Below, piece after piece: positions 23,410-33,195 of a stretch of DNA of 64,000 nt (positions are counted from its first letter, which is position 1; every line of letters begins with the position of its first letter). Made by a program: the position numbers and the translations under genes. The notes below the pieces were generated by a model. It searched no databases. It was not told the origin of the DNA and saw only the letters and a list, made by a program, of their open reading frames with translations. The stretch spans positions 448,001 to 512,000 of the forward strand of contig CAXXLL010000002.1 in the NCBI GenBank assembly GCA_963662545.2. The letters run 5' to 3'. Source of the DNA: Gammaproteobacteria bacterium (GTDB taxonomy: Bacteria > Pseudomonadota > Gammaproteobacteria > Ga0077536).

Positions 23410-23841
23410 ATGGACACACACCGCGCAAAGCACCCCGTGACGCGCGACGTGATCATCGAAGTACTGCACGACCGCGGCATTTCAGCAACACCGCAACGCG
23501 TTGAAATTGCAGCAATTATGCTAGAAGAAAAGCAGCACCTCTCGGCCGACCAGGTCCTCACCCGCCTGGCGGGCGTGGAAGCGGCGGTTTCCAAGGCAAC
23601 CGTCTACAACACCTTGGGACTCTTTGCCGAGCGCGGGCTAGTCCGGGAAGTCGTCGTGGACAGCACGAAGGTGTTCTACGATTCCAATACGACTGAACAC
23701 CATCATTTCTACAACGTGGATGACGGCACGCTGATCGATTTCCCTTCGGACACGATCGTCATCGACCAACTCCCGGCCGCACCGACGGGGACGCAGACGG
23801 AAAGCGTCGACGTCGTCATCCGCGTACGCAAAAAGCCCTGA
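23410..23841 (+). CDS. Fur-family regulator (Irr/PerR-like, HHH motif, no CxxC)
   Basis: TPQR, HLSADQV, SKATVYNTL, YDSNTTEHHHF. Confidence 0.88.
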   Translation: MDTHRAKHPVTRDVIIEVLHDRGISATPQRVEIAAIMLEEKQHLSADQVLTRLAGVEAAVSKATVYNTLGLFAERGLVREVVVDSTKVFYDSNTTEHHHFYNVDDGTLIDFPSDTIVIDQLPAAPTGTQTESVDVVIRVRKKP

Positions 23842-23918
23842 GGGGACAACGCGAGATTCTGCAGCGCTTACCCAAGCTAACGAGCGTCTGGCCGAGGCAG
23901 GACGGGTTGGGGCATGTC

Positions 23919-24158
23919 GAAGCCAGAAGCGTAGCGCCAGGGATGGCGAATGGAATCCCATATGAAGCCGGAGTAGCTCAGTTGGGCGAGCCGGAAGAAG
24001 AGGAAGCCATAAAACATGGCTTGCTCCCGGCGAGCGCCCGGCCATGGAAGGACGGGCCGGTGCATGTCGAAGCCGGAAGCGTCGCGCCAGGGATAGCGGG
24101 CAGGCTCCCCTACGAAGCCGGAAGCGTCGCGCCAGGGATGGCGGGCAGGCTCCCCTAC
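23919..24158 (+). repeat. Three copies of a 45-bp unit plus a duplicated tRNA 5' fragment
   Basis: Units at 23919-23963 (diverged), 24069-24113 and 24114-24158 (differ at 1 nt). Each is followed by GAAGCCGGA; GCCGGAGTAGCTCAGTTGG also occurs at 23967-23985. Confidence 0.9.
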
Positions 24159-24161
24159 GAA

Positions 24162-24201
24162 GCCGGAGTAGCTCAGTTGGTAGAGCAACTGATTCGTAAT
24201 C
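24162..24201 (+). repeat. Left att site: 5' half of tRNA-Thr
   Basis: 40-bp direct repeat of 52713-52752 (one mismatch), ending just past the anticodon loop. Confidence 0.92.
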
Positions 24202-24462
24202 TGGTATTGCGCCGGTTGCCAAGTGCTTGAAATTGCACAAATTCGTGTAAGACGATATTTCTCACGAATCCTCGCGAGAGCCTTTACGACCCCGCGGGTT
24301 GGCGATCGAGATAGCTGGTACAGATTGGGCTCGGTTCTGAGAGATAATTACGCGACGCTGCCAATTCGAAGATAAGCTGGATTTGGCGTTGCATTAGCAA
24401 TATTGCAAATCACGGCTCAAATGCCGTCTTCGAATAAATAAATATAAATAACGAACTGCCCG

Positions 24463-25398
24463 ATGCTCGACCCAGTTGAATTATTTCCGGAGGTCCCGAA
24501 CCTCTACGATTTCCCGAGTGTGCATTCCGATATGTTGCTTGATCGCCGCAGAATTTCGGCGTACCAACAAGCGATTAGCGAAGTCGTACAGCTAGGTGAC
24601 ACCGTCGTTGATCTTGGCGCCGGAACTGGAATCTTGTCATTCCTGTGCATTCAAGCCGGCGCCAAAAAGGTCCATGCTATCGAAAGAGCTTCCATTATCA
24701 ATTCAGCAAAAATAATTGCTTTCGATAACGGGTTTGCGGACCAAATTGTGTTCCATCACGGAGATTCAAGATCAATATCCCTTCCTGAAAAAGTCGATGT
24801 TATTGTCAGCGAGATCATTGGACATGTCGCCTTTGAAGAAGGAATGACCGCGGCGTTACTTGACGCCAGAAACCGCTTTTTGAAAAAAGATGGACAAATT
24901 CTCCCCTCGTTCGTTGATTTGCGCGGGGCATTAGTTAACGAAACACACGTCTACCATAACTACATTAGCAGTTGGGATACTTTCTTTGGATTTGACTTCT
25001 CTGCTCTTCAAGAAATCGCAGCAAAGACCGCTTATGTCACAGAAATATATTCTAAGGACCTTATGTCTGACTCTACGCGTCTCCTGGAGTGGAATTTCAC
25101 CGAACTCAATTTCGAGAGAGATCGCGAAATTGAGTTCGACTTGCCGGTGCTAAGGGATGGTCAGGTAAACGGACTAGCTTTGTGGTTTGAGGCGACATTA
25201 TCACCGTCAGTTTTCTTGTCTTCTTCGCCCTGGAACAAAACACATTGGGGGCAATGTTTTCTCCCCTTTCTAAAACCCATCGAAGTTCGGGCTAGAGAAA
25301 CAATGAAGATGGAGTTGAGAATGGCGATCGAAAGTCCAGTAAGTGGGACGTTCGAAATCTCAGTAGCGCCGCACCGTGAGAACCGTGACTGTGCGTAG
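24463..25398 (+). CDS. Protein arginine methyltransferase (PRMT)-like SAM-dependent methyltransferase
   Basis: H..ML.D..R..AY..AI, VVDLGAGTGILS (motif I), VDVIVSEIIGHVAFEE (double-E loop), GLALWFEA and THWGQ (THW loop). Confidence 0.85.
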   Translation: MLDPVELFPEVPNLYDFPSVHSDMLLDRRRISAYQQAISEVVQLGDTVVDLGAGTGILSFLCIQAGAKKVHAIERASIINSAKIIAFDNGFADQIVFHHGDSRSISLPEKVDVIVSEIIGHVAFEEGMTAALLDARNRFLKKDGQILPSFVDLRGALVNETHVYHNYISSWDTFFGFDFSALQEIAAKTAYVTEIYSKDLMSDSTRLLEWNFTELNFERDREIEFDLPVLRDGQVNGLALWFEATLSPSVFLSSSPWNKTHWGQCFLPFLKPIEVRARETMKMELRMAIESPVSGTFEISVAPHRENRDCA

Positions 25399-26771
25399 AG
25401 AGCGGACATCTAAGACGAATATAGGCAATCAGCTGTCGTCGCGCCGGAAGAGTTTGAATAATAACGATAGAAAAACGGTTGTTCTTTTCGCCGACATAAT
25501 GGGAGCATCTGAAGTATCAAACCACAAAGGAACTAAACAGTATTTCGAGTTCGTTCGGGAATTTCAAATAATCTTTTGCAAAGTTTGTGAAACTCATTTC
25601 GCAAAGTTTCACGAAAAAGAAGAGGATTTTTATCTCTTCGATGCGCGAGGGGACGAGGGAATCCTCATGATTCTCCCTCCGAACGATCTGAAGAATGACA
25701 CATTTGCACGACATGTTGATTTAGCATTGACGATTGCGCTAGCGCTTAAACGCGAATGGCTAGCTTGCGACGAAAATCGCTCACGGGTTAAAAATCAGAA
25801 GTTACTGCCCGTAGACTTGGGTATCGGAATACATGTAGGGCACACATTCATTGAGGAAGATAGAACGTCAAAGCATGCAATCCGAAATCCAAGGGGATTT
25901 AGGCCGGAAGGCTATGCAATAAATCTTGCCAAGCGAGTCGAGGGGTACTCACGAAACGGCAAATTCACCAACATTTTTCTAAGTGAGGCGGCGCATGGTG
26001 CGTGGACCGGCGTTCCGGACGAGCGAATGGTCATATTCGATGAAATGCAGGTGATGGAACCGAAAGGCATTAGTAGGAAAATAGCTGTGTTCGAAGTTAA
26101 ACATCACTTCCTGCCGACCGATTGGGCCGACTACATCGATGTCGCATCAAAACGCGGTCGATCGTTAGTTGATACAAGAAAAATAGATCTTGAATTGCTT
26201 CACTCTGCTCATGCGCTTAACCCGACAAATTTGTGGCTTGCTGAGGAGTACATTCTTCAAAGCGTCGTCGCGAACTATTCTGGGATCAAGATGAAAGATA
26301 GGAATAGGCCAGAGTTCAGAAAGAAAGCTTTCTCCGAAGCTAAGGTAATAGCCGAAAATTTGGCCAACAGTGAACTTCGAGATCCTGGAATATTGCTAAT
26401 TCAGGGCTTCCTCGAAGGTGAGCAATTTGAGTTCGGAAGTGAACGAGAATTTTACGATGAAGCCGCGGCGGATCCCCGCGCAAGGATGGCGGAAGTTCAT
26501 TGGTATAAGGCGTTGTCGTATTCCTATCAAATCTTTTATGAATTAAACCGGTCAATGAAGAAAAGTTGGGACGATCTTGAGAGGAACCAACAAGACTTAA
26601 TCAAGCTGGCTTATAAGGAATTTGAAAAAGCCAAGAACTTTGATACCAACTCTGCGTGGCTGCCTTTTGATCATGTTTGTGAATTGGTTCGATGGGCAAC
26701 TAGTATCGAGGACACTAACGCGGGAATTGATCAGATTGAAATCGCTCATAGCCGATTGTCCGAGGACATAG

Positions 26772-28474
26772 CTAGTGTGCATCCCTAAACGCGATGCGGT
26801 TGAAATAAAAAGGAAAATTTGTCGCTTAAGGGATCGAAACCTCCGGTAGGTCGTGATCTAATGGAACTTCAAACCTCTGATTTTCCACACAATCATCGAC
26901 ACCACAGGAGGGGGAATGCGTCAGAAACGCACGGCCCAAGCGAGTATATACGAGCTGTTTGCTGACCATGACCTGGGGCGAGAGCTGCAGGGCATGTCCG
27001 AGTGGCTCGATGCTCACCCCAAGGTCCTCACGCCGGTCATGAACGATCTGTGTCGGCGGGGTTTGAAGCCCACCGGTCGACGCGGACTGTCGGCGGAGTC
27101 GGTGCTGCGCTGCGCGGTGCTCAAGCAGCACCGGCAATTGAGTTACGAGGAGCTGGCCTTTCACCTGCAGGACTCGGCGAGCTTTCAGGCCTTCGCCCGG
27201 TTGCCGGGTAATGAACGTCCGAAGAAGTCTGCCTTACAGCGGGTGGTCTCGGCGATCCAGGTATCGACGTGGGAGTCTATTCATCGCGCCCTGCTGGCGA
27301 CGGCGAAAGAGACGCGCATTGAGCCGGCACAGCGTGTACGGATTGATAGCACGGTAACGGACAGTGCCATCCACGCGCCGAGCGACAGTCATCTGCTGTG
27401 GGATGGCGTGCGTGTTGTGGTTCGTCTGCTCGCACAGGCGCGCGAGTTGCCTGGCGCGCCGGAGTTGTGCTTCGTGAACCACACTCGATTGGCGAAGAAG
27501 CGTGCGCGGGCGCTGTGGTATGCGCGTGGTGCGAAGCAACGCCAACGTCTGTATCGCGATTTGATTGGGGCGACGCGTTCAACCTTGGAAGCGGTAGCGA
27601 GGGTACGTGAGCAGCTGCTGAGCCCGGGCGTCACCGGCGTTGAACTGCCGGACTGGCTAGCGCAGGTAGCGCACTACGAAACACTTGTTCTGCAGGTGAT
27701 TTCGCAAACTGAGCGGCGGGTGTTCGGCGGTGAGAAGGTCCCCGCGAGCGAGAAGTGCGTGAGCTTGTTCGAGCCGCATACCGACATCATCATAAAGGGT
27801 GCGCGCGACGTTCAGTACGGACACAAAATCAATCTGGCTTCGGGGCGCAGTGGCCTCATCCTCGACGTGGTCATCGAGCGAGGCAATCCGGTCGATAGTC
27901 AGCGCTTCATGCCGATGCTCGAACGGCATCGAACACACTACGGGACGATGCCACGACAGGTCGCCGCCGATGGCGGCTATGCGAGCCTCGACAATCTCCG
28001 GGCGGCGAAAGCAGAAGGCATCGAAGACGTTGCCTTCCACAAGAAGCGCGGGCTCGCGATCGCCGACATGGTCAAGAGTCAGTGGGTCTATCGACGCTTG
28101 CGCAACTTCCGCGCCGGCATCGAGGCCGGTATCTCCTGCCTGAAGCGTGCATACGGATTGGCACGTTGCACCTGGAAGAGCCTGCCGCACTTCGAAGCCT
28201 ACGTGTGGTCTTCTGTGGTCGCCTACAACCTCAGCCTGCTCGCGCGCTATCAACTCGAATAGCGACGTTCACTCGCACTAACTGACCTCCTCGATATCGT
28301 CGAACGGGCGACTTTGGGTTGCAGCGCTCTGCGGCCGGCGAACGTACTCACAATTACGCTCGAAGAGCCCTTCGACCCCCACCGAACCGCCGCTACCGCT
28401 CCAACAACCTACTTTCAACACCTCGATTTCTCCGTGCCCATCGAAGAAAATGCCTGTTTATGGACGGACACTAG
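26772..28474 (+). mobile_element. ISNCY/IS5-like insertion sequence, copy 1 (1703 bp)
   Basis: Ends CTAGTGTGCATCCCTAAAC / GTTTATGGACGGACACTAG; near-identical to 47940-49642. Confidence 0.93.
26916..28262 (+). CDS. DDE transposase (ISNCY-type)
   Basis: RIDSTV, AADGGYAS, FRAGIEAGISCLKR. Confidence 0.92.
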   Translation: MRQKRTAQASIYELFADHDLGRELQGMSEWLDAHPKVLTPVMNDLCRRGLKPTGRRGLSAESVLRCAVLKQHRQLSYEELAFHLQDSASFQAFARLPGNERPKKSALQRVVSAIQVSTWESIHRALLATAKETRIEPAQRVRIDSTVTDSAIHAPSDSHLLWDGVRVVVRLLAQARELPGAPELCFVNHTRLAKKRARALWYARGAKQRQRLYRDLIGATRSTLEAVARVREQLLSPGVTGVELPDWLAQVAHYETLVLQVISQTERRVFGGEKVPASEKCVSLFEPHTDIIIKGARDVQYGHKINLASGRSGLILDVVIERGNPVDSQRFMPMLERHRTHYGTMPRQVAADGGYASLDNLRAAKAEGIEDVAFHKKRGLAIADMVKSQWVYRRLRNFRAGIEAGISCLKRAYGLARCTWKSLPHFEAYVWSSVVAYNLSLLARYQLE

Positions 28475-28570
28475 CTAATGAGATCGAAAACGAGGAGTAC
28501 CTCGAATCTGTGCGGGATCACCCAAAAATTCGCAAGTTGATTACATAGGTGATTACAAAGCCGGCGCATC

Positions 28571-29753
28571 ATGACAATCCGAAACTACGATACCCCTGCA
28601 ATAGTTTACGACGAGAACGTATTGCGGGGAACAGTAAATCGACTACTGCGTGCTAACGTATTGCGTAAATCGACTACTGCGCGGATGCGGATGCAAGTTG
28701 CTGTACTCTCCAAAAGCATGTGCAGTTTCAAGCGTCATGAAAACTCTCGGCGAGATGGTGATCGGCTTTTCATGTAGCTCTTTGAACGAATGCAAGCGGG
28801 CCCGCGCTCATTTGGGGCCAAAAGGTGAAGTGCATCTTGTAACTCCTGCAATCAAAGATCGTGACGTCCGAAAAATAGCAGAAGTTTGTGATTACGTTGT
28901 TTTAAACAGCTTGGCGCAACACGCTAGACTTACCGGAGTTCTATCCCTGTCGTGTCAAGTGGGATTGCGAGTAAATCCGCAACTCTCGTTTGCAAAAGAT
29001 TCGCGTTACGACCCGTGCCGTTCTGATTCTAAATTGGGCGTACCGGTAAATTCGTTGATACAGAATATTGAGGATCATGCGTTCGAGTTAGATGGATTAA
29101 GTGGTATCCACGTTCACAACAATTGTGAAGGGACGGACGCCTGTGATATCGCAGAAACAACACGGAAGTTGATACGCGGTATCCCAGGCATCCTGGAAAA
29201 AATCGCATGGATTAATCTTGGTGGAGGGTATTTTTACGACGAGTTCGAAAATCCCGAATTATTCGTCCAGACGGTCTCAGAATTGAAGGAGAGATTTAGT
29301 CTTGATGTGTATATCGAACCAGGCGCGGCCATCGTCCGTCAGGCAGGATCAATTATTTCCAGTATCGTAGATTTGTTTGAAGGAGAAGATCGGACAATCG
29401 CGGTGCTTGATACCTCGGTGAATCACATGCCGGAAGTCTTAGAGTATCAGTATACGCCCGATGTGGTTGGACATTCGGAAGGCGCACTACACGAATATGT
29501 GTTAGCGGGCTGCACATGCCTCGCTGGAGATCAGTTTGGTATATCGTGCTTTGATGCCCCCCTTTCCTTAGGAAATGAAATCGTTTTCCCAAACGCTGGT
29601 GCATACACGATCTCTAGGGCGAATACATTTAATGGCGTCCCGTTACCAGATGTCTACCTTCGTACTACCGACGGAGAATTGGTAGAAGACAAGGCTGCGA
29701 TCGTGGGGCGTGCTACAGACGACTTCGAGCTATTACCTCATGAAATTGCTTGA
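28571..29753 (+). pseudogene. Carboxynorspermidine decarboxylase (NspC)-like fold III PLP decarboxylase, frameshifted near its 5' end
   Basis: DTPAIVYDE in one frame. YSPKA (PLP Lys), RYDPC..SKLG, GIHVH, INLGGG, YIEPG, HMPEVLE, TCLAGD, NTFNG in the next frame. The shift is caused by a 31-nt internal duplication. Confidence 0.8.
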
Positions 29754-31083
29754 ATTCAGTTGCCGTGTCCCGGCGGTTCAAGCCCGATCGACTCTAATCG
29801 ATCACTTTCGCGGGGCCGTATCTTTTCATTCCAACGGAATGACCCCAATTCGGTTTGCCGTAACTTCGCTAGACGATGAAGGCTTCGACTGTGAAGTCGC
29901 AGCAGTTGATCAGACGCTTCTTGAAAGTGCATCAGATCAACTTTCGATCTTTTCGTTTCGACAACGGGAGTTTGAGAGCGTAGAGAAATTTAACGCCGTT
30001 ATGGTAGTTCCGACAGGAATCGGAGCGGCATACGGAGGACATGCGGGTGATTCAACTCCAGTGGCTCATGTCTTAGCAAAAAGTTGTGACACATTGATTC
30101 TTCACCCGAATGTGGTCAACGCGTCGGACATTAATGAGGCCCCCGCTAATTCTCTATATATAGAGGGAAGCATACTTTCTCGATTAATGATGGGGACAGT
30201 GGGTTTGAGGCGAGTGCGATCAAACCGAGTGCTGGTCGTGATCGACGGGGACCACGATGAGATGTTTACTAACGCCACTATTAACAGCGTTAACGCAGCG
30301 AGAGCAAGCTACGGGCTGGATTGTGTTGATGTCGTAAAGATGGACCCACCTGTCAAACTCAAGACCTCTAGTGCCAAATCGGGACGAGCAACTGGAACGG
30401 GGAAGAATATTTCTAATCTGATTGAAGAATTAGCTGCGAGAGAGGGAACATACGACGCCGTCGCGATAGCTTCAGTGATAGAAGATGCCGACGGGCAACT
30501 AAATGCATATTTTGAGAGCGACGGAAGTCTAGTTAACCCATGGGGAGGCATCGAGGCGATGCTGACCCACACCATTTCAATTCGATTTAACGTCCCGACC
30601 GCGCATTCACCGATGATGGAATCGAAAGCGGTCGCCGCTCAAGATTTGGGTATTGTCGAGCCGAGGATGGCAGCGGAGGCTGTCTCAATGACGTTTTTGA
30701 ATTGTGTCTTAAAGGGCTTGCACCAAAGCCCCCGAATCGTTCATGGCGCTTTTGATTTCGTAAATCCTGAAATTCTGACCGCATCTGATATCTCGTGTTT
30801 AATTATCCCGGATGGGTGTGTTGGATTACCAACCCTCGCGGCTCTTGAGCAGGGAATAAAAGTAGTTGCGGTCTCTGAAAACGAGAACCTTATGAAGAAC
30901 GATTTAGAACGCCTCCCGTGGAAGCCAGGTCAGTTGATTAAAGTACGTAGCTATTTTGAGGCTGCTGGCGTAATGAACGCTCTTCATATAGGGCTTTCGC
31001 TCGATACACTAAGCCGCCCACTTAAGAGTGTCGGAGTAAGTGCCGCATATTGGGCTTCATCGGTCCGCCGAAAGCCGGCATAG
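29740..31083 (+). CDS. DUF3326-family protein with N-terminal extension
   Basis: VPTGIGAAYGGHAGD, HPNVVNA, LYIEG, NPWGGIEAMLTH, PTAHSP, PRMAAE. Confidence 0.82.
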   Translation: MKLLEFSCRVPAVQARSTLIDHFRGAVSFHSNGMTPIRFAVTSLDDEGFDCEVAAVDQTLLESASDQLSIFSFRQREFESVEKFNAVMVVPTGIGAAYGGHAGDSTPVAHVLAKSCDTLILHPNVVNASDINEAPANSLYIEGSILSRLMMGTVGLRRVRSNRVLVVIDGDHDEMFTNATINSVNAARASYGLDCVDVVKMDPPVKLKTSSAKSGRATGTGKNISNLIEELAAREGTYDAVAIASVIEDADGQLNAYFESDGSLVNPWGGIEAMLTHTISIRFNVPTAHSPMMESKAVAAQDLGIVEPRMAAEAVSMTFLNCVLKGLHQSPRIVHGAFDFVNPEILTASDISCLIIPDGCVGLPTLAALEQGIKVVAVSENENLMKNDLERLPWKPGQLIKVRSYFEAAGVMNALHIGLSLDTLSRPLKSVGVSAAYWASSVRRKPA

Positions 31084-31294
31084 AATTCGTTACTGTCGAA
31101 ACCGGTAACGGCCCTCTCAATCTTTCGCGAAATTGCCCCTTTTAGGGAAAGTTCTAATCTGACGTTCCAGTAATCATGCGGCCTGACGAGCCGTGGTACA
31201 TCACGTTCCAATAATCGTTTTCGCGAAAGATAGCTTTCAAAGCGAGTTTCTCGAGATCGGATGCCTCGTCAGGGGCGCCGGTCATGGCGCGAGT

Positions 31295-31426
31295 TCAGGA
31301 ACGCTTGATGATCACGGAGGCGACATTCCCGGCATGCTTCTTCGCCTGCTTGGCTGCCTTCTTTTCTTTCGGTGTCAGTACGGCCGGTTTTTTCGCTTCC
31401 TTGTTGGATCGCTGAGGCTTGGACAT
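31295..31426 (-). CDS. Small Lys-rich protein (43 aa, below the ORF-track cutoff)
   Basis: MSKPQRSNKEAKKPAVLTPKEKKAAKQAKKHAGNVASVIIKRS, with an upstream AGGGA SD. Confidence 0.6.
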   Translation of the reverse strand: MSKPQRSNKEAKKPAVLTPKEKKAAKQAKKHAGNVASVIIKRS

Positions 31427-31757
31427 AGTACGTATTCCCTATCACGTTGAAGGGACGCCCGAGGAGCGGCAGGAGGCGGAGCTAAAGGACATTTGCGCAG
31501 GCGTTTCGCTATGTCCTGCTCTGTAGGATGTTATGACGCGTTTCGACTATAGGCGTGTGGCGGCGCAAAAGCTAATTACTTGCCCGTATCAATCCTTAAG
31601 CTAATGGAAATTCGCGAGGGGGAGACATTGCGAGCTTATTTAAATCCACGACGATGTTTATGTTTGTACTCATTGGGAATGCTGTGACCATGGCCATACT
31701 GGGTAAGGCGCTGTGGCCGGAGGGCGGGAAAGAAGAATAAGAAGCGTCGATCAAGCC

Positions 31758-31821
31758 TGCGTATTCCGGCGAAGCCGATCACTAGTTCCAGCTGAAGCCG
31801 ATCACCTGTACCGGGGAAGCC
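31758..31821. mobile_element. Isolated IS21-like terminal remnant
   Basis: Begins TGCGTATTCCGGC; GAAGCCGATCAC repeated at 31771 and 31794, with a partial third copy at 31816. Confidence 0.6.
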
Positions 31822-32562
31822 AGCGGCATCGTGCCGTCGAGTTTTCGTATTCTTCGACAACTAATAGGTCGTATCGAGGACGATGCGAGTGGCGACATCA
31901 AACCGCGTGAGTTCCACGTCGAGATTCCGGCTGCGCGCATCGAAGAGGCGGCGGCAGCGGCGGCCGTACTTAACGATGAGGTCTATTCAAAGTTCCCGTT
32001 CACGGCATCGACCCAACCTATACAACATGAACACAGTGAGTTAGTACTCAACCGCACGTGGCGTCCCACGCTAGCGGTCACTGGCGCAAATGGCCTGCCA
32101 CCGCTGGCGGACGCGGGCAACGTGCTACGCCCAATGACTGCAGCTAAACTGTCGTTGCGCCTGCCACCGACCTGTGACGCTACAGCGGCTAGCGCCAAAC
32201 TGAAAAACATTCTGGAGAGTGAACCGCCTTATCGCGCCAAGGTAACGTTTGAGCCAGAAGAAGGCGCCACCGGTTGGGAGGCACCCGAGCTCGCACCATG
32301 GCTATCGCAGGCGGTTGATCGGGCGTCACAAACCTATTTCGGTCGGTCGGCTGTCTATATGGGCGAAGGCGGTTCGATTCCTTTCATGGGGATGTTAGGT
32401 GAGCAATTCCCACAGGCGCAGTTTTTGATTACGGGCGTGCTCGGTCCTCACTCGAACGCACATGGGCCTAATGAATTCCTGCATATCCCTACTGCGAAGA
32501 AAATCACCTGCTGTGTCGCCCAGGTAATCGCCGATCATTTTGTGCAAGCTAAAGATCGATGA
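31813..32562 (+). pseudogene. C-terminal half of an M20/M25/M40 peptidase
   Basis: GEASGIVPSSFR, KLSLRLPP, GEGGSIPF, SNAHGPNE. The N-terminal metal-binding half is absent. Confidence 0.8.
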
Positions 32563-32577
32563 GAAAACGCGCAGCAT

Positions 32578-33195
32578 TTACCCATGCTCGCGAATCGCCA
32601 CATAGTCTTTGCTCAATACATTAGCGTCGTGGGGGGCTGAAAACAGTGCCCGGAGATTTCCGGCGGGGTCGACCAGTAGCATCGCGCTTGAATGATGCAC
32701 CACATAATCTTCGCCCTCACCTTGATATTGATAAAAAATACCAAGCGGTTTCGTAAGCCGTTGCAATTGGCCTTCACTTCCCGTGACACCTTTAAAGGTC
32801 GGATGAAAGTACTGCACGTAGCGTTTCAGTGTAACCAGGGAATCTCGCTTGGGATCTACAGACACGAACACTACCTGCGTATCTGCGGCATAAGTCGTTT
32901 CTTCGAGCCGCCGGTATACGTCCTTAAGAACAGTAAGCGTCAACGGACATACGTCCGGACAAGATGTATAGCCGAAGAACAATAGCGTCCAGTGATCTTT
33001 TAATTGCGCTCGCGTGAAAGAACGATTGTCGTAATCCTGTAGCTCGAAGTCGGGCATCGGACGACCGCTGTCTGCAAGTATTGTCGCCTGTTGCAACTGC
33101 AACGGTGGCTTGGAATACTGGCGCCACATATAATGACCGCCGAGACCGATAGCAAACGCGCAGACAGCAGCAACGGAGAATGAACTGGATTTCAT
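32578..33195 (-). CDS. SCO1/SenC copper chaperone
   Basis: FGYTSCPDVCP, VSVDPKRD, conserved His (VHHS). Confidence 0.92.
   Translation of the reverse strand: MKSSSFSVAAVCAFAIGLGGHYMWRQYSKPPLQLQQATILADSGRPMPDFELQDYDNRSFTRAQLKDHWTLLFFGYTSCPDVCPLTLTVLKDVYRRLEETTYAADTQVVFVSVDPKRDSLVTLKRYVQYFHPTFKGVTGSEGQLQRLTKPLGIFYQYQGEGEDYVVHHSSAMLLVDPAGNLRALFSAPHDANVLSKDYVAIREHG

Larger units (their letters stand above)
25376..28548 (+). pseudogene. Class III nucleotide cyclase + helical/TPR-like protein, interrupted near its C-terminus by ISNCY
   Basis: VLFADIMG, RGDEG, LGIGIHVG, GYAINLAKRVE, IFLSE. Excising 26772-28474 restores ...SEDIA-NEIENEEYLESVRDHPKIRKLIT* (stop at 28546-28548). Confidence 0.8.

Noticed and set aside
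23919-24158. CRISPR array
   Set aside because: Units are adjacent tandem copies without unique spacers, and no cas genes are present.
24162-24240. Second complete tRNA-Thr
   Set aside because: Similarity stops after the anticodon loop; there is no T-arm or acceptor 3' strand.
23638-24240. ORFs 23638-24240, 23877-24188 and 23907-24230
   Set aside because: These are translations of the repeat array and tRNA fragment.
25376-26788. Calling the cyclase a Pycsar system
   Set aside because: No adjacent cNMP-binding TM/TIR effector is visible; it is kept only as an analogy.
28571-29753. Standard norspermidine biosynthesis operon
   Set aside because: No carboxynorspermidine/saccharopine dehydrogenase partner lies nearby.
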